64,000 bases of DNA from Acaryochloridaceae cyanobacterium VAR_48_metabat_390. Lineage in GTDB: Bacteria; Cyanobacteriota; Cyanobacteriia; Thermosynechococcales; Thermosynechococcaceae. Under the pieces are notes generated by a model, which had not been told where the DNA came from, ran no database searches, and saw only the letters and a program-made list of their open reading frames with translations. Positions 1 to 8,216 of this stretch are shown here, one piece after another. The stretch's first letter is position 1. The number at the start of each line of letters is the position of its first letter. Where the stretch lies: assembly GCA_031422435.1 (NCBI GenBank), contig JANPLU010000107.1, positions 1-64,000 on the forward strand, given 5' to 3'. The translations under genes were made by a program, and so were the position numbers.

Positions 1-124
1 CGCCAACGAGTCTCACGATTAGTTCGTAAAACACTTTCCTTCTCCAAAAAACTGGAGAATCATATTGGGGCTATTTGGCTCTTTGTGCATCATTACAATG
101 CATCCTTACTTGTTTAGGACTACC
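1..124 (+). mobile_element. Right end of an IS1-family insertion sequence (transposase C-terminus 1-117 plus terminal IR ending at 124)
   Basis: Frame 1 reads RQRVSRLVRKTLSFSKKLENHIGAIWLFVHHYNASLLV*, typical of IS1 InsB C-termini; ends in ...TTTAGGACTACC (revcomp GGTAGTCC), an IS1-like terminus. Not in the ORF track. Confidence 0.85.
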
Positions 125-127
125 AGA

Positions 128-511
128 ATGAAACCAGCGATTGAATTTTTTGAACGAGTGAAAGAGCATTGTGGTGACTATGACCCCGATACAGCGTTTG
201 CAATAATCAGAACATTGTTTGAGATGGCACCGACGCAACAGTTTCGAGATGAACTAACCGCCATCACTGGCACTGTGCCGAACCAGGATCTATCCGAGAC
301 AGAAAAACATGAAGCCGATATTGACTTACAAACGTGGTCAGAGCTTATGACGGCCATAGGCTACCGAGACACGCCCTACGAGGAACTAACCGAATTTGAT
401 CAGGTGACAGACCGGATGGGACTTGAAAAGTTCGAGCAGCTCTACCAACTGTTTGACCCTGCGATGAAAGCTGAATGTCTGGCTATCATCAATAAGAAAT
501 TAGGGCGCTGA
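128..511 (+). CDS. Hypothetical protein (start re-set to ATG 128; may be the 3' remnant of a gene cut by IS1)
   Basis: The ORF-track start at 65 lies inside the IS1 end; the first ATG outside the IS is at 128. Confidence 0.55.
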   Translation: MKPAIEFFERVKEHCGDYDPDTAFAIIRTLFEMAPTQQFRDELTAITGTVPNQDLSETEKHEADIDLQTWSELMTAIGYRDTPYEELTEFDQVTDRMGLEKFEQLYQLFDPAMKAECLAIINKKLGR

Positions 512-516
512 AAGTT

Positions 517-738
517 ATGAAGAAACGCAGCGGAAAACCCAGAACCTACGAACTGAATCAAGACCTTATCCATAAGATTGACAGCGCTTCAAGTGAGCTG
601 GATATCTACCCGAGTGAGTTGGTTAACGTACTTCTAGCTGATGCCTTGCAGCGCTTTGAGTCAGGCGCTCTAAAGCTTTCCACAGAGAGACGGTTAAACC
701 ACCAATTTCGCTCTCACAGGCTTAAGAGTATTGGCTAG
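517..738 (+). CDS. Small ribbon-helix-helix-like DNA-binding protein
   Basis: 73 aa; basic N-terminus, strand RTYEL, then helix-turn-helix pattern DLIHKIDSAS..YPSELVNVLLADAL. Confidence 0.5.
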   Translation: MKKRSGKPRTYELNQDLIHKIDSASSELDIYPSELVNVLLADALQRFESGALKLSTERRLNHQFRSHRLKSIG

Positions 739-790
739 TAAAAGCTGACAAATACTAACATTGAACAACTTATTTACCGTACGGAGGGTT

Positions 791-1416
791 GTCAAAACCC
801 TTGCCCCATAGGGGTTTGACGTGATGACTTAAGGGGCGATCGCCTCAGATAAAAGGGAAAAGTGGCAGTCTGTGGACTGCTGAAATAGACAGATACCTTA
901 CACAGAGCGGTTTTGAGGTGGCAGTTTTTAGCCTAGATCTCAGTATTTCTCAGTATTGAGACCTCGACAGAAGTAAAGACCGTTCAGGGAGTAGTCCGAA
1001 CGGTCGCGCCATAAGGGCGGCAACCTGTGGACGGCTGAAATAGATGAATGCCTTGCTCAGTGTGGGTTAGAGGTGGCAGATTGAGCAGTGATCGCCATGG
1101 ATGGGGTGACGTGTTTTTGACCCTAAAAATAGACCGATACCTTGCCCAGTGTGGGTTAGAGGCGACCGCCATTAATGACCTAGCAGCTTCTCTATGCAGG
1201 GAACGTGGCAAAATGATTGGATTTTATAGATTAGTCCGCACCCCTAAAGTCCTACCCTGCAAAGCTTTTAAGCATTTTAGACAAGGTTAGGTGCGCACCA
1301 TCTTTTTAGCAAATCCGATATTCCGGCAAAGCTCCTAAGCTAAAGGGTTTCAGATCCTATCGCGGCATTCCGCGAAAGCTTTACGGGCTGGGAGTTATGG
1401 GTCTATGTAGGGGTTT
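791..1416. repeat. Non-coding array of about 7 dif/Xer-like dyad sites (6-bp arm, 11-bp core, 6-bp arm), some within ~61-bp direct repeats
   Basis: AAACCC-TTGCCCCATAG-GGGTTT (795), GATACC-TTACACAGAGC-GGTTTT (892), AATGCC-TTGCTCAGTGT-GGGTTA (1047), GATACC-TTGCCCAGTGT-GGGTTA (1136), AAAGTC-CTACCCTGCAA-AGCTTT (1246), AAAGCT-CCTAAGCTAAA-GGGTTT (1328), AAAGCT-TTACGGGCTGG-GAGTTA (1375); direct repeats 864-924 and 1019-1079. Confidence 0.7.
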
Positions 1417-1436
1417 CACTTTTCAGGATTGACCCT

Positions 1437-1471
1437 AAAAAGCCCCTAAGAGTAAAGATCTTAGGGGCTTT
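1437..1471 (-). terminator. Intrinsic terminator downstream of 1517..2032
   Basis: AAAGCCCCTAAGA-gtaaaga-TCTTAGGGGCTTT stem followed by a T-run on the minus strand. Confidence 0.7.
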
Positions 1472-1516
1472 GCTGGTTTATGGGGTGGCTAGAAACCTCC
1501 CCACCGTAGATCGCAA

Positions 1517-2032
1517 TTATGCAGCTACTGAGTCAGGTTGCTTTACGGGTGATTCGGCAAACTTGAGCTTGAACCAGTCCTGACCGCCTTTGAGCGCGTC
1601 CCCAAGGGTATTGAAGTACAGCGCCTTTTCAGGGCTTAAAACCTCAAAATCATTTGACACAATTTTGAAGGTAAACCCAAACTGAGTAAGGATTGGAACA
1701 GCGAACCCTCGACGAAAGGTATTGGTTATTAAGCGGTCATTGTTTGGAATAGTGCAGTAACAATTCTCTCCTTTGTCCCACATCACGTTGGGTATATTGA
1801 ACATGATCCGCGCTTCCTTAAATGTCAGATCATCCGTTACCCCGTCTGGGTTATTAAGTTCATGGATGACTGTTTCTAAATCGCTGCTCAAATCACTAGC
1901 CACAGCAGCAAAAGCATCTGAAATACTTGCACTCTCCTCAAGCCCCAGAAGTGCATGGAAAAGGACTTCTACTCGTTTCTGAATATTGCCTAAGACATCA
2001 AGAGGATGAATCTTTTGAGTTAGTGTAGTCAT
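1517..2032 (-). CDS. Hypothetical protein of the integrated element
   Basis: In-frame ATG (MTTLTQK) at 2032 preceded by GGAG RBS; followed by a terminator. Confidence 0.65.
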   Translation of the reverse strand: MTTLTQKIHPLDVLGNIQKRVEVLFHALLGLEESASISDAFAAVASDLSSDLETVIHELNNPDGVTDDLTFKEARIMFNIPNVMWDKGENCYCTIPNNDRLITNTFRRGFAVPILTQFGFTFKIVSNDFEVLSPEKALYFNTLGDALKGGQDWFKLKFAESPVKQPDSVAA

Positions 2033-2121
2033 GATTTTCTCCAATAGGTAATAAGGTTTCGATTTCAAATCCAAGGGGTGTGGGCAGTAGATGGCACTGC
2101 CCAAGCCATGTAATACACGGC

Positions 2122-2268
2122 CTAGTCGATGGGAAACCCTTTGTAGAGGGTTGGAGCCTTAAGCGGCGCAGGCATGGCCTGACTAAAGCGGCGCTCTACC
2201 TCATCAACCTTTGTGGGCTGGTTTACCGAGACGTTGACGGTCTTTGTTTCTACAGTGGTCTGAGACAT
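2122..2268 (-). CDS. Small 48-aa hypothetical protein (MSQTTVETKTVNVSVNQPTKVDEVERRFSQAMPAPLKAPTLYKGFPID)
   Basis: AGGAG RBS upstream of ATG 2268; co-directional with 1517..2032; below the ORF-track cutoff. Confidence 0.5.
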   Translation of the reverse strand: MSQTTVETKTVNVSVNQPTKVDEVERRFSQAMPAPLKAPTLYKGFPID

Positions 2269-2345
2269 AATGAGTTGCTCCTAGTGAGTAAGACAGCGCT
2301 TTAGATTTTCCGGTCGGGCGCTGTCTTTTTGTTTGACTAAATCTA

Positions 2346-2461
2346 TTATGCCTGTTATCAGGCTTAAAGCCAATAGCTTAATTATCAAAATTATGGCTGT
2401 TAACTGGCTTAACTTATAACCTAAGCTTATGCCTGTTAACAAATACCTTTTGCCTGTAAAC
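2346..2461. promoter_or_regulatory. Four operator-like direct repeats (TTATGCCTGTTAAC consensus) in a divergent promoter region
   Basis: TTATGCCTGTTATCAGGCTTAA (2346), TTATGGCTGTTAACTGGCTTAA (2391), TTATGCCTGTTAAC (2427), TTTTGCCTGTAAAC (2448). Confidence 0.6.
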
Positions 2462-2487
2462 TTGAGGTAGTGAGTTAAGGATAATGA

Positions 2488-2727
2488 ATGCCCAAAGGAA
2501 ACCCTAATCCGGTTATCCCACCGGAGTTCAAGGAAAAGCAGTTTAAACGCAGCGATGGTACGACTGAGCCACTAGCCGAAAAAATCTTAGCCGTGAGGGT
2601 TTCTGCTGAAGTCGATAAGGTTGTGCGATCGCTTCCTCAAAAAGCAGCATGGCTACGCCGCGTCATCACTGAAGCCGCACAGCGTGAGCTGATGAACAAA
2701 AGGGAGGGCGATGGAGCCAACCCTTGA
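2488..2727 (+). CDS. Small RHH-like DNA-binding protein of cyanobacterial mobile elements
   Basis: MPKGNPNP...EPLAEKILAVRVSAEVDKVVRSL..KAAWLRRVITEAA pattern; AAGGA RBS. Confidence 0.7.
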   Translation: MPKGNPNPVIPPEFKEKQFKRSDGTTEPLAEKILAVRVSAEVDKVVRSLPQKAAWLRRVITEAAQRELMNKREGDGANP

Positions 2728-2905
2728 GCAATTAAAAACGTTTTATCGAGTCGTTCGTCAGGCCGTCATCCTTTCGTCTTACATCGCATTTATAGAGCTT
2801 TCCGACGACGGCAACCTGTACGTTCACATTGGTCGATACGACAACCCTCAGACTCGTTTAATTGTCTACGTTACCCCTGATGGCAGGTCAAGCAGCTATG
2901 AGTAA
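2711..2905 (+). CDS. DUF6888-like small protein
   Basis: PTxEQ N-terminus, GNLYVHIG and VTPDG motifs; GGAGG RBS; overlaps both neighbours. Confidence 0.55.
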   Translation: MEPTLEQLKTFYRVVRQAVILSSYIAFIELSDDGNLYVHIGRYDNPQTRLIVYVTPDGRSSSYE

Positions 2906-3107
2906 TCAATTAGATTTGTCTCAAATGACAACTCACCAATTAATCAATCAGTTGTGGGAGGTAAGAGGCACCCCGCAAGCACAACCTCTCTACCAAGAGC
3001 TAAGCAGTCGTCCCCAAAAATTCACTTTGGAATCAGATGATCCTGATTGGGAAGCAAAAATGTCTGAGCATTTGCGCTTTAAGTTAGCCCAACCGAGCGT
3101 GAACTGA
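2898..3107 (+). CDS. DUF6887-like small protein
   Basis: MSNQLDLSQMTTHQL...YQELSSRP pattern; ATG overlaps the upstream stop. Confidence 0.55.
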   Translation: MSNQLDLSQMTTHQLINQLWEVRGTPQAQPLYQELSSRPQKFTLESDDPDWEAKMSEHLRFKLAQPSVN

Positions 3108-3123
3108 TGAAGGATGGTGAGAC

Positions 3124-3207
3124 ATGACTCAACCTAACCGATTAGACCAGCTTGAGTCGGTCATTGAGCGCATAGATCGCGAGCTGGCGTTCTTTCCACA
3201 AACCTGA
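3124..3207 (+). pseudogene. 27-aa coiled-coil-like ORF, probably truncated
   Basis: MTQPNRLDQLESVIERIDRE followed by an early stop; GGTGA RBS-like sequence. Confidence 0.35.
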
Positions 3208-3326
3208 AAGAAATCTAGGGATACTACAGCCCGTAATCTTTGGGCGCTTACCCCGAAATCTACCCCGCTATTTTATTGATAATGCCTGAAAGCTTTACAG
3301 TGTAAACTCTCTAGCTCCTTATGACC

Positions 3327-3373
3327 CTTCACTCGTAATGAAGAAGTCGTGTGTTCGAGTCACATCAGGAGCT
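3327..3373 (+). tRNA. Displaced 3' fragment of tRNA-Thr(CGT), marking the att junction of an integrated element
   Basis: Anticodon arm CTTCA-CT CGT AA-TGAAG, variable loop AAGTC, T arm GTGTG-TTCGAGT-CACAT, acceptor 3' strand CAGGAGC-T; no D arm upstream. Confidence 0.85.
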
Positions 3374-3506
3374 TTAGAGAATGTTTCAGTGCCGGAATAT
3401 TAATTTTCTGATGCTTTTCTGTTCTAGATGTTAGAAAGGTGAATGTATTGAGGGACTGTGTCGAGTGTACTCCTTCACAGCCTTTTTGTTTAAGTCGGCA
3501 ATTTTG

Positions 3507-5945
3507 ATGGATAAAAAAGCGCTCAGCGAAAGCGATATTTGTGCCAAGTTTATTACTCCAGCGGTTTTACAGTCTGGCTGGGATGAGGCGACGCAGATTC
3601 GTCGAGAAGTTTATTTTACAAAAGGGCGAATTATTGTACGCGGTAAACTCGTCTCTCGCGGCAAGGCCAAGCGTGCTGATTATGTGCTGTATTACCAGCA
3701 TTTGGCAATCGCCCTGATTGAAGCAAAAGACAATACCCATGCCATCAGCGACGGACTGCAGCAGGCATTAGACTATGCCACAACCCTTGATATTCCGTTT
3801 GTGTTTTCATCCAATGGGGACGGGTTTCTGTTTCACGATTGTACAGTCACTCAAGACGCGATTGAAACCCCGTTGACCCTCAATGAATTTCCCTCTCCTC
3901 ATACTTTGTGGGCAAAATACCGTGATTGGAAAGGGCTGATTCCAGAGCAAGAAAAGCTGATTTTACAGCCCTATTATGACGATGGCAGCGGCAGGGAGCC
4001 GCGCTACTATCAGCGCAATGCAATTAATGCCGCCACAGAGGCGATCGCCAAAGGGCAAAATCGAATTTTGCTGGTAATGGCGACGGGTACGGGCAAAACC
4101 TATACGGCATTTCAGATCATTTGGAGGCTCTGGAAGGGTGGAAAAAAGAAGCGCATTCTGTTTTTGGCAGATCGAAATGTGTTGATCAACCAAACGATGG
4201 TGAATGATTTTCGTCCGTTTGGCGGCAAGATGGCGAAGCTGAGTACGGCCTCGAATACCATTGAGCGAAGTGATGGCAGTACAGTTGAGCTAACCACGGC
4301 GATCGACAAAAAGCGCCGAATTAATCCGGCCTATGAAATTTATCTAGGGCTTTACCAGGCGATTACGGGGCCTGAGGAGAGGCAAAAGCTGTATCGGGAG
4401 TTTTCCCCTGGCTTTTTTGATTTGATTGTGATTGATGAGTGTCATCGGGGCAGCGCTGCGGAGGATTCGGCTTGGCGTGAGATTTTAGAATATTTCGGCA
4501 CCGCAACTCAGATTGGTTTGACGGCTACACCCAAGGAAACTCAATACGTTTCTAACATCCATTATTTTGGCGAATCGGTTTACACCTACACGCTAAAACA
4601 AGGTATCCGTGACGGCTTTTTGGCACCCTACAAGGTGATTAAGGTGCATTTAGATGTAGATGTGGTGGGCTATCGTCCGAAGCTGGGCGAAACCGATGCC
4701 CAGGGACACGAAATTGCTGATCGCATCTATAACCAAAAGGACTTTGACCGAAATCTGGTGATTGATGAACGCACGAAACGGGTGGCGAAGTGGGTATCGG
4801 ATTTTCTGAAGGAAAGTGGTGATCGCTTCCAAAAGACCATTGTGTTTTGTGTGGATGTAGAACACGCGGCGCGGATGCGTCAGGCGCTGGTAAATGAAAA
4901 TGGGGACTTGGTGCAGCAAAATTCGCGATACGTCATGCGGATTACGGGAGACGATGATGTTGGTAAAGCGCAGCTCGATAACTTTATCGACCCTGAATCG
5001 AAGTATCCGGTGATTGTTACTACGTCTCGATTGCTGTCAACAGGAGTGGATGCCCAAACTTGCCGCCTCATTGTGTTGGAGCGTGAGGTGGGTTCGATGA
5101 CGGAGTTTAAGCAGATTGTGGGTCGGGGGACGCGGGTGCATGAAGACACCCAGAAGTATTACTTCACGCTGATTGATTTCCGTAAGGCCACCAACCATTT
5201 TGCAGATCCAGACTTTGATGGCGATCCGGTACAGATTTATGAGCCAGGGGAAGATGACCCTTTAACCCCGCCGGAGCTGCCGCCGCTGAGTGGCGAAGGG
5301 GAAGATGAAACAATCATAGAAACGCTGCCGCCAGATATTTCATTGCCCTTGGGCATTCCTGGCGTGGCTGAGCCACAGGGAAAATACTACATTCAGGGTA
5401 AACCTGTGCGGGTGCTAACGGAGCGGGTGGAGTATCTAGACGAAAATGGCAAGTTAGTGACAGAATCGCTGCGGGATTATTCCCGAAAGACTTTACGCAA
5501 ACAGTTTGCCAGTCTTGACCAGTTTTTGCGCCGCTGGAGAACGGCGGAGCGCAAGGAGGCCATTATGGCGGAGCTGGCAGAGGAAGGGCTATTGCTAGAG
5601 CCACTCATGGAAGAGGTGGGAAAAGACCTTGACCCCTTTGATTTGATTTGCCATATTGCCTTCGATCAGCCGCCATTGACCCGCCGCGATCGCGCGGAGA
5701 ATGTGCGTAAGCGTGACTTTTTTACAAGATATAGCCCTCAAGCGAGGGCGGTATTAGAGGCGCTGCTGTCTAAGTACCAAGATGAAGGGGTTGTTTCCGG
5801 GCTAGACGATCTGCGTATTTTGCAGATTGCGCCGTTTAACAATATGGGGACTGTGCCGCAGTTGATAAAACAATTTGGTGGTCGCCCTGATTACGAACGG
5901 GCGGTACATGAGCTACAAACGGCACTCTATCAAGATGTCGTTTAG
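3507..5945 (+). CDS. hsdR: Type I restriction endonuclease subunit R (EcoAI/EcoEI type IB-like)
   Basis: ADYVL...IEAK nuclease motif, MATGTGKT, DECH, TATP, QIVGRGTR helicase motifs; EcoEI-like C-terminus. Confidence 0.95.
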   Translation: MDKKALSESDICAKFITPAVLQSGWDEATQIRREVYFTKGRIIVRGKLVSRGKAKRADYVLYYQHLAIALIEAKDNTHAISDGLQQALDYATTLDIPFVFSSNGDGFLFHDCTVTQDAIETPLTLNEFPSPHTLWAKYRDWKGLIPEQEKLILQPYYDDGSGREPRYYQRNAINAATEAIAKGQNRILLVMATGTGKTYTAFQIIWRLWKGGKKKRILFLADRNVLINQTMVNDFRPFGGKMAKLSTASNTIERSDGSTVELTTAIDKKRRINPAYEIYLGLYQAITGPEERQKLYREFSPGFFDLIVIDECHRGSAAEDSAWREILEYFGTATQIGLTATPKETQYVSNIHYFGESVYTYTLKQGIRDGFLAPYKVIKVHLDVDVVGYRPKLGETDAQGHEIADRIYNQKDFDRNLVIDERTKRVAKWVSDFLKESGDRFQKTIVFCVDVEHAARMRQALVNENGDLVQQNSRYVMRITGDDDVGKAQLDNFIDPESKYPVIVTTSRLLSTGVDAQTCRLIVLEREVGSMTEFKQIVGRGTRVHEDTQKYYFTLIDFRKATNHFADPDFDGDPVQIYEPGEDDPLTPPELPPLSGEGEDETIIETLPPDISLPLGIPGVAEPQGKYYIQGKPVRVLTERVEYLDENGKLVTESLRDYSRKTLRKQFASLDQFLRRWRTAERKEAIMAELAEEGLLLEPLMEEVGKDLDPFDLICHIAFDQPPLTRRDRAENVRKRDFFTRYSPQARAVLEALLSKYQDEGVVSGLDDLRILQIAPFNNMGTVPQLIKQFGGRPDYERAVHELQTALYQDVV

Positions 5946-5997
5946 TTACTGTACGATTGCGGACTGATATGTAACCGATTCAAGCGCTGCTTAAACT

Positions 5998-7454
5998 ATG
6001 TCTGTTCGTAATACGGTTAAGTCCATTCAGGACATCATGCGTCAAGATTCGGGTGTGGATGGCGATGCCCAGCGCCTTTCGCAGCTTTGCTGGATGTTTT
6101 TTTTGAAGATTATCGATGACCAGGATCAAGAGCTGGATCTGCTGAATTCTGAATACCGATCGCCCATTCCTGAAACCTATCAGTGGCGGAACTGGGCGGC
6201 TGACCCTGAAGGAATTACGGGGGATGAGCTGCTGAATTTTATCAATATCGATCTTTTTCCAGAATTGAAGGATCTGCCGATTACAGGGAAAAATGCGAAC
6301 CGCTGTCGGGTGGTGCGCGATTTGTTTGAGGATGCCAATAACTACATGAAGTCGGGGCAGTTGCTACGGCAGGTGGTCAATAAAATCGGCGAGGTGGATT
6401 TTAATAATCTGGCCGATCGCCAGCATTTTGGCGATATCTATGAGCAGTTGCTCAATGACTTACAGAGCGCAGGAAATGCGGGTGAATTTTATACGCCCCG
6501 TGCGGTGACGGCGTTTATGGTAGAGGCAATCGATCCAAAGCCTGGTGAGGTGTTGTTTGACCCCGCCTGCGGGACGGGTGGTTTTTTGACTTGCGCCATT
6601 CGACATATGCGCGATCGCTATGTCAAAAAAGTTGAGGATGAACAGGAGATGCGATTGGCGCTGCGAGCGGTAGAGAAAAAGCAGTTGCCTCATATGTTGT
6701 GCGTGACCAATATGCTGCTGCACGGCATTGAAGACCCTAGTTTTGTGCGCCATGACAATACGCTGGCGCGGTCTTATGTGAGCTATGGCGCGGGCGATCG
6801 CGTGGATGTGATTTTGACGAATCCGCCGTTTGGGGGGCGGGAGGAGGGTGGAATTGAGAGCAACTTCCCGAAGCAGTTCCAGACAAGGAGACGGCGGATT
6901 TATTTTTGGCGCTGATTGTGCGCTTGCTGAAGACAAGGGGACGGGCGGCTGTGGTGTTGCCGGATGGTTCGCTGTTTGGGGAGGGTGTGAAGACGCGGCT
7001 GAAGGAGCATTTGCTAGAGGAGTGTAATCTGCATACGATTGTGCGGTTGCCCAATAGCGTATTTAAGCCCTATGCCAGTATTGGCACGAATCTATTATTT
7101 TTTGAGAAGGGGGAGCCAACGCAGGAGGTTTGGTTTTATGAGCATCAGGTTCCGGCGGGGCAGAAGGCGTATTCGATGACGAGGCCGATCCGGCTGGAGC
7201 ATTTTAAGCCCTGTACGGAGTGGTGGGGTGGGCCAAAGCGGGTGAACCGTCAGGAGAGCGAGGTGGCTTGGCGGGTGAGTTTGGAGGATATTAAGGGGCG
7301 CAATTACAATCTAGATTTTAAAAACCCTCACACGGTGGCGGATGACCACGGCGACCCAGACGAGCTGTTAGAGAAGCTAAAGGCGGCGGAACTGGAGACG
7401 GTAATGTTACGAGATCAGCTTAAAAGCATTTTGGCTGAGGCGTTGTTGCGTTGA
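5998..7454 (+). pseudogene. hsdM: Type I RM methyltransferase subunit with a 1-bp frameshift near 6886
   Basis: GEFYTPR, DPACGTGG and NPPF motifs in 5998..6915; C-terminal half continues in another frame (ETADLFLALIVRLLK...); ACAAGGAG lacks one base. Confidence 0.9.
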
Positions 7455-7597
7455 GTGCCAATATTTTTGCAACAGGCTGTTGTAAAAATGCCTTGGGGTG
7501 AGTATTGCGATGCAAATGTGAAACAGCTTGTTTCATCATTGCTTTATAGGTCACAATCAGATTCTAAACAGATCCACCTGCATCGGAGAGGTAATTT

Positions 7598-7927
7598 ATG
7601 CTTAAAGACATTGAGTTACCGATTCACCAAATAGAGACTTTTTGTCATAAATGGCAGGTCGATGAGTTTGCTTTATTTGGATCGGTTTTACGAGATGACT
7701 TTCGCCCTGATAGCGATATTGATGTGATGGTTGAATTTAATTCCCATGCCCATCCGACTTTTGGGAGTTTAGATCAAATGGAAAATGAGTTGAAGTTCAT
7801 TTTTAATAGAGAGGTTGATTTAATTACCCGTAAGGGAATTGAATCTAGCCGCAACTATATCCGCCGTGAAAATATTTTGTCTTCTGCAAAAGTAATTTAT
7901 GCAACGCGATCCTCAATTTCTACTTGA
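7598..7927 (+). CDS. Minimal nucleotidyltransferase (MNT) antitoxin
   Basis: GS-x10-DxD motif (GSVLRDDFRPDSDID) and REVDL. Confidence 0.9.
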   Translation: MLKDIELPIHQIETFCHKWQVDEFALFGSVLRDDFRPDSDIDVMVEFNSHAHPTFGSLDQMENELKFIFNREVDLITRKGIESSRNYIRRENILSSAKVIYATRSSIST

Positions 7928-8216
7928 TATGCTGCAATCAGCAGAATTAATTGCAGCATATACTGATAAAATTTCAAAAGATGAGTTTATCCAAAATGTT
8001 CAACTTCAAGATGCGGTTATTAGACGGTTGCTGGTGATTGCAGAGGCGGCTCGTCGAGTGTCGGAGACAACCCGTCAGGAACGATTTGATATTTCATGGG
8101 CAGAGATTAACGGAATGAGAAATCGTCTGGTTCATGAATATAATGATGTTAATTTCGATATTGTTTGGGATGTTGTGCAGAATGAAATTCCAAGTTTAAT
8201 TGCGGCTCTAAAGTAA
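7899..8216 (+). CDS. HEPN (DUF86/HepT-like) RNase toxin
   Basis: RNRLVHEY = Rx4HxY motif; overlaps the MNT gene. Confidence 0.9.
   Translation: MQRDPQFLLDMLQSAELIAAYTDKISKDEFIQNVQLQDAVIRRLLVIAEAARRVSETTRQERFDISWAEINGMRNRLVHEYNDVNFDIVWDVVQNEIPSLIAALK

Larger units (their letters stand above)
125..3373. mobile_element. Right portion of an integrative element or satellite inserted in tRNA-Thr(CGT)
   Basis: Small hypothetical ORFs ending at a tRNA 3' fragment, with arm-like TACCCCG direct repeats (about 3249-3267) and a dyad site at 3289-3311; integrase not in the window. Confidence 0.7.

Noticed and set aside
984..1290. ORFs 984..1211(-) and 1048..1290(+)
   Set aside because: They overlie the repeat array, with no recognisable RBS or protein-like features.
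791..1416. CRISPR array
   Set aside because: Repeats are degenerate and irregularly spaced, and there are no cas genes in the window.
3313..3373. Intact tRNA-Thr gene
   Set aside because: Only about 6 nt separate the acceptor 5' strand and anticodon arm; the D arm is missing.
6875..6915. Programmed frameshift or SSR phase variation in hsdM
   Set aside because: No slippery heptamer or long homopolymer at the break; a simple 1-bp loss explains it.
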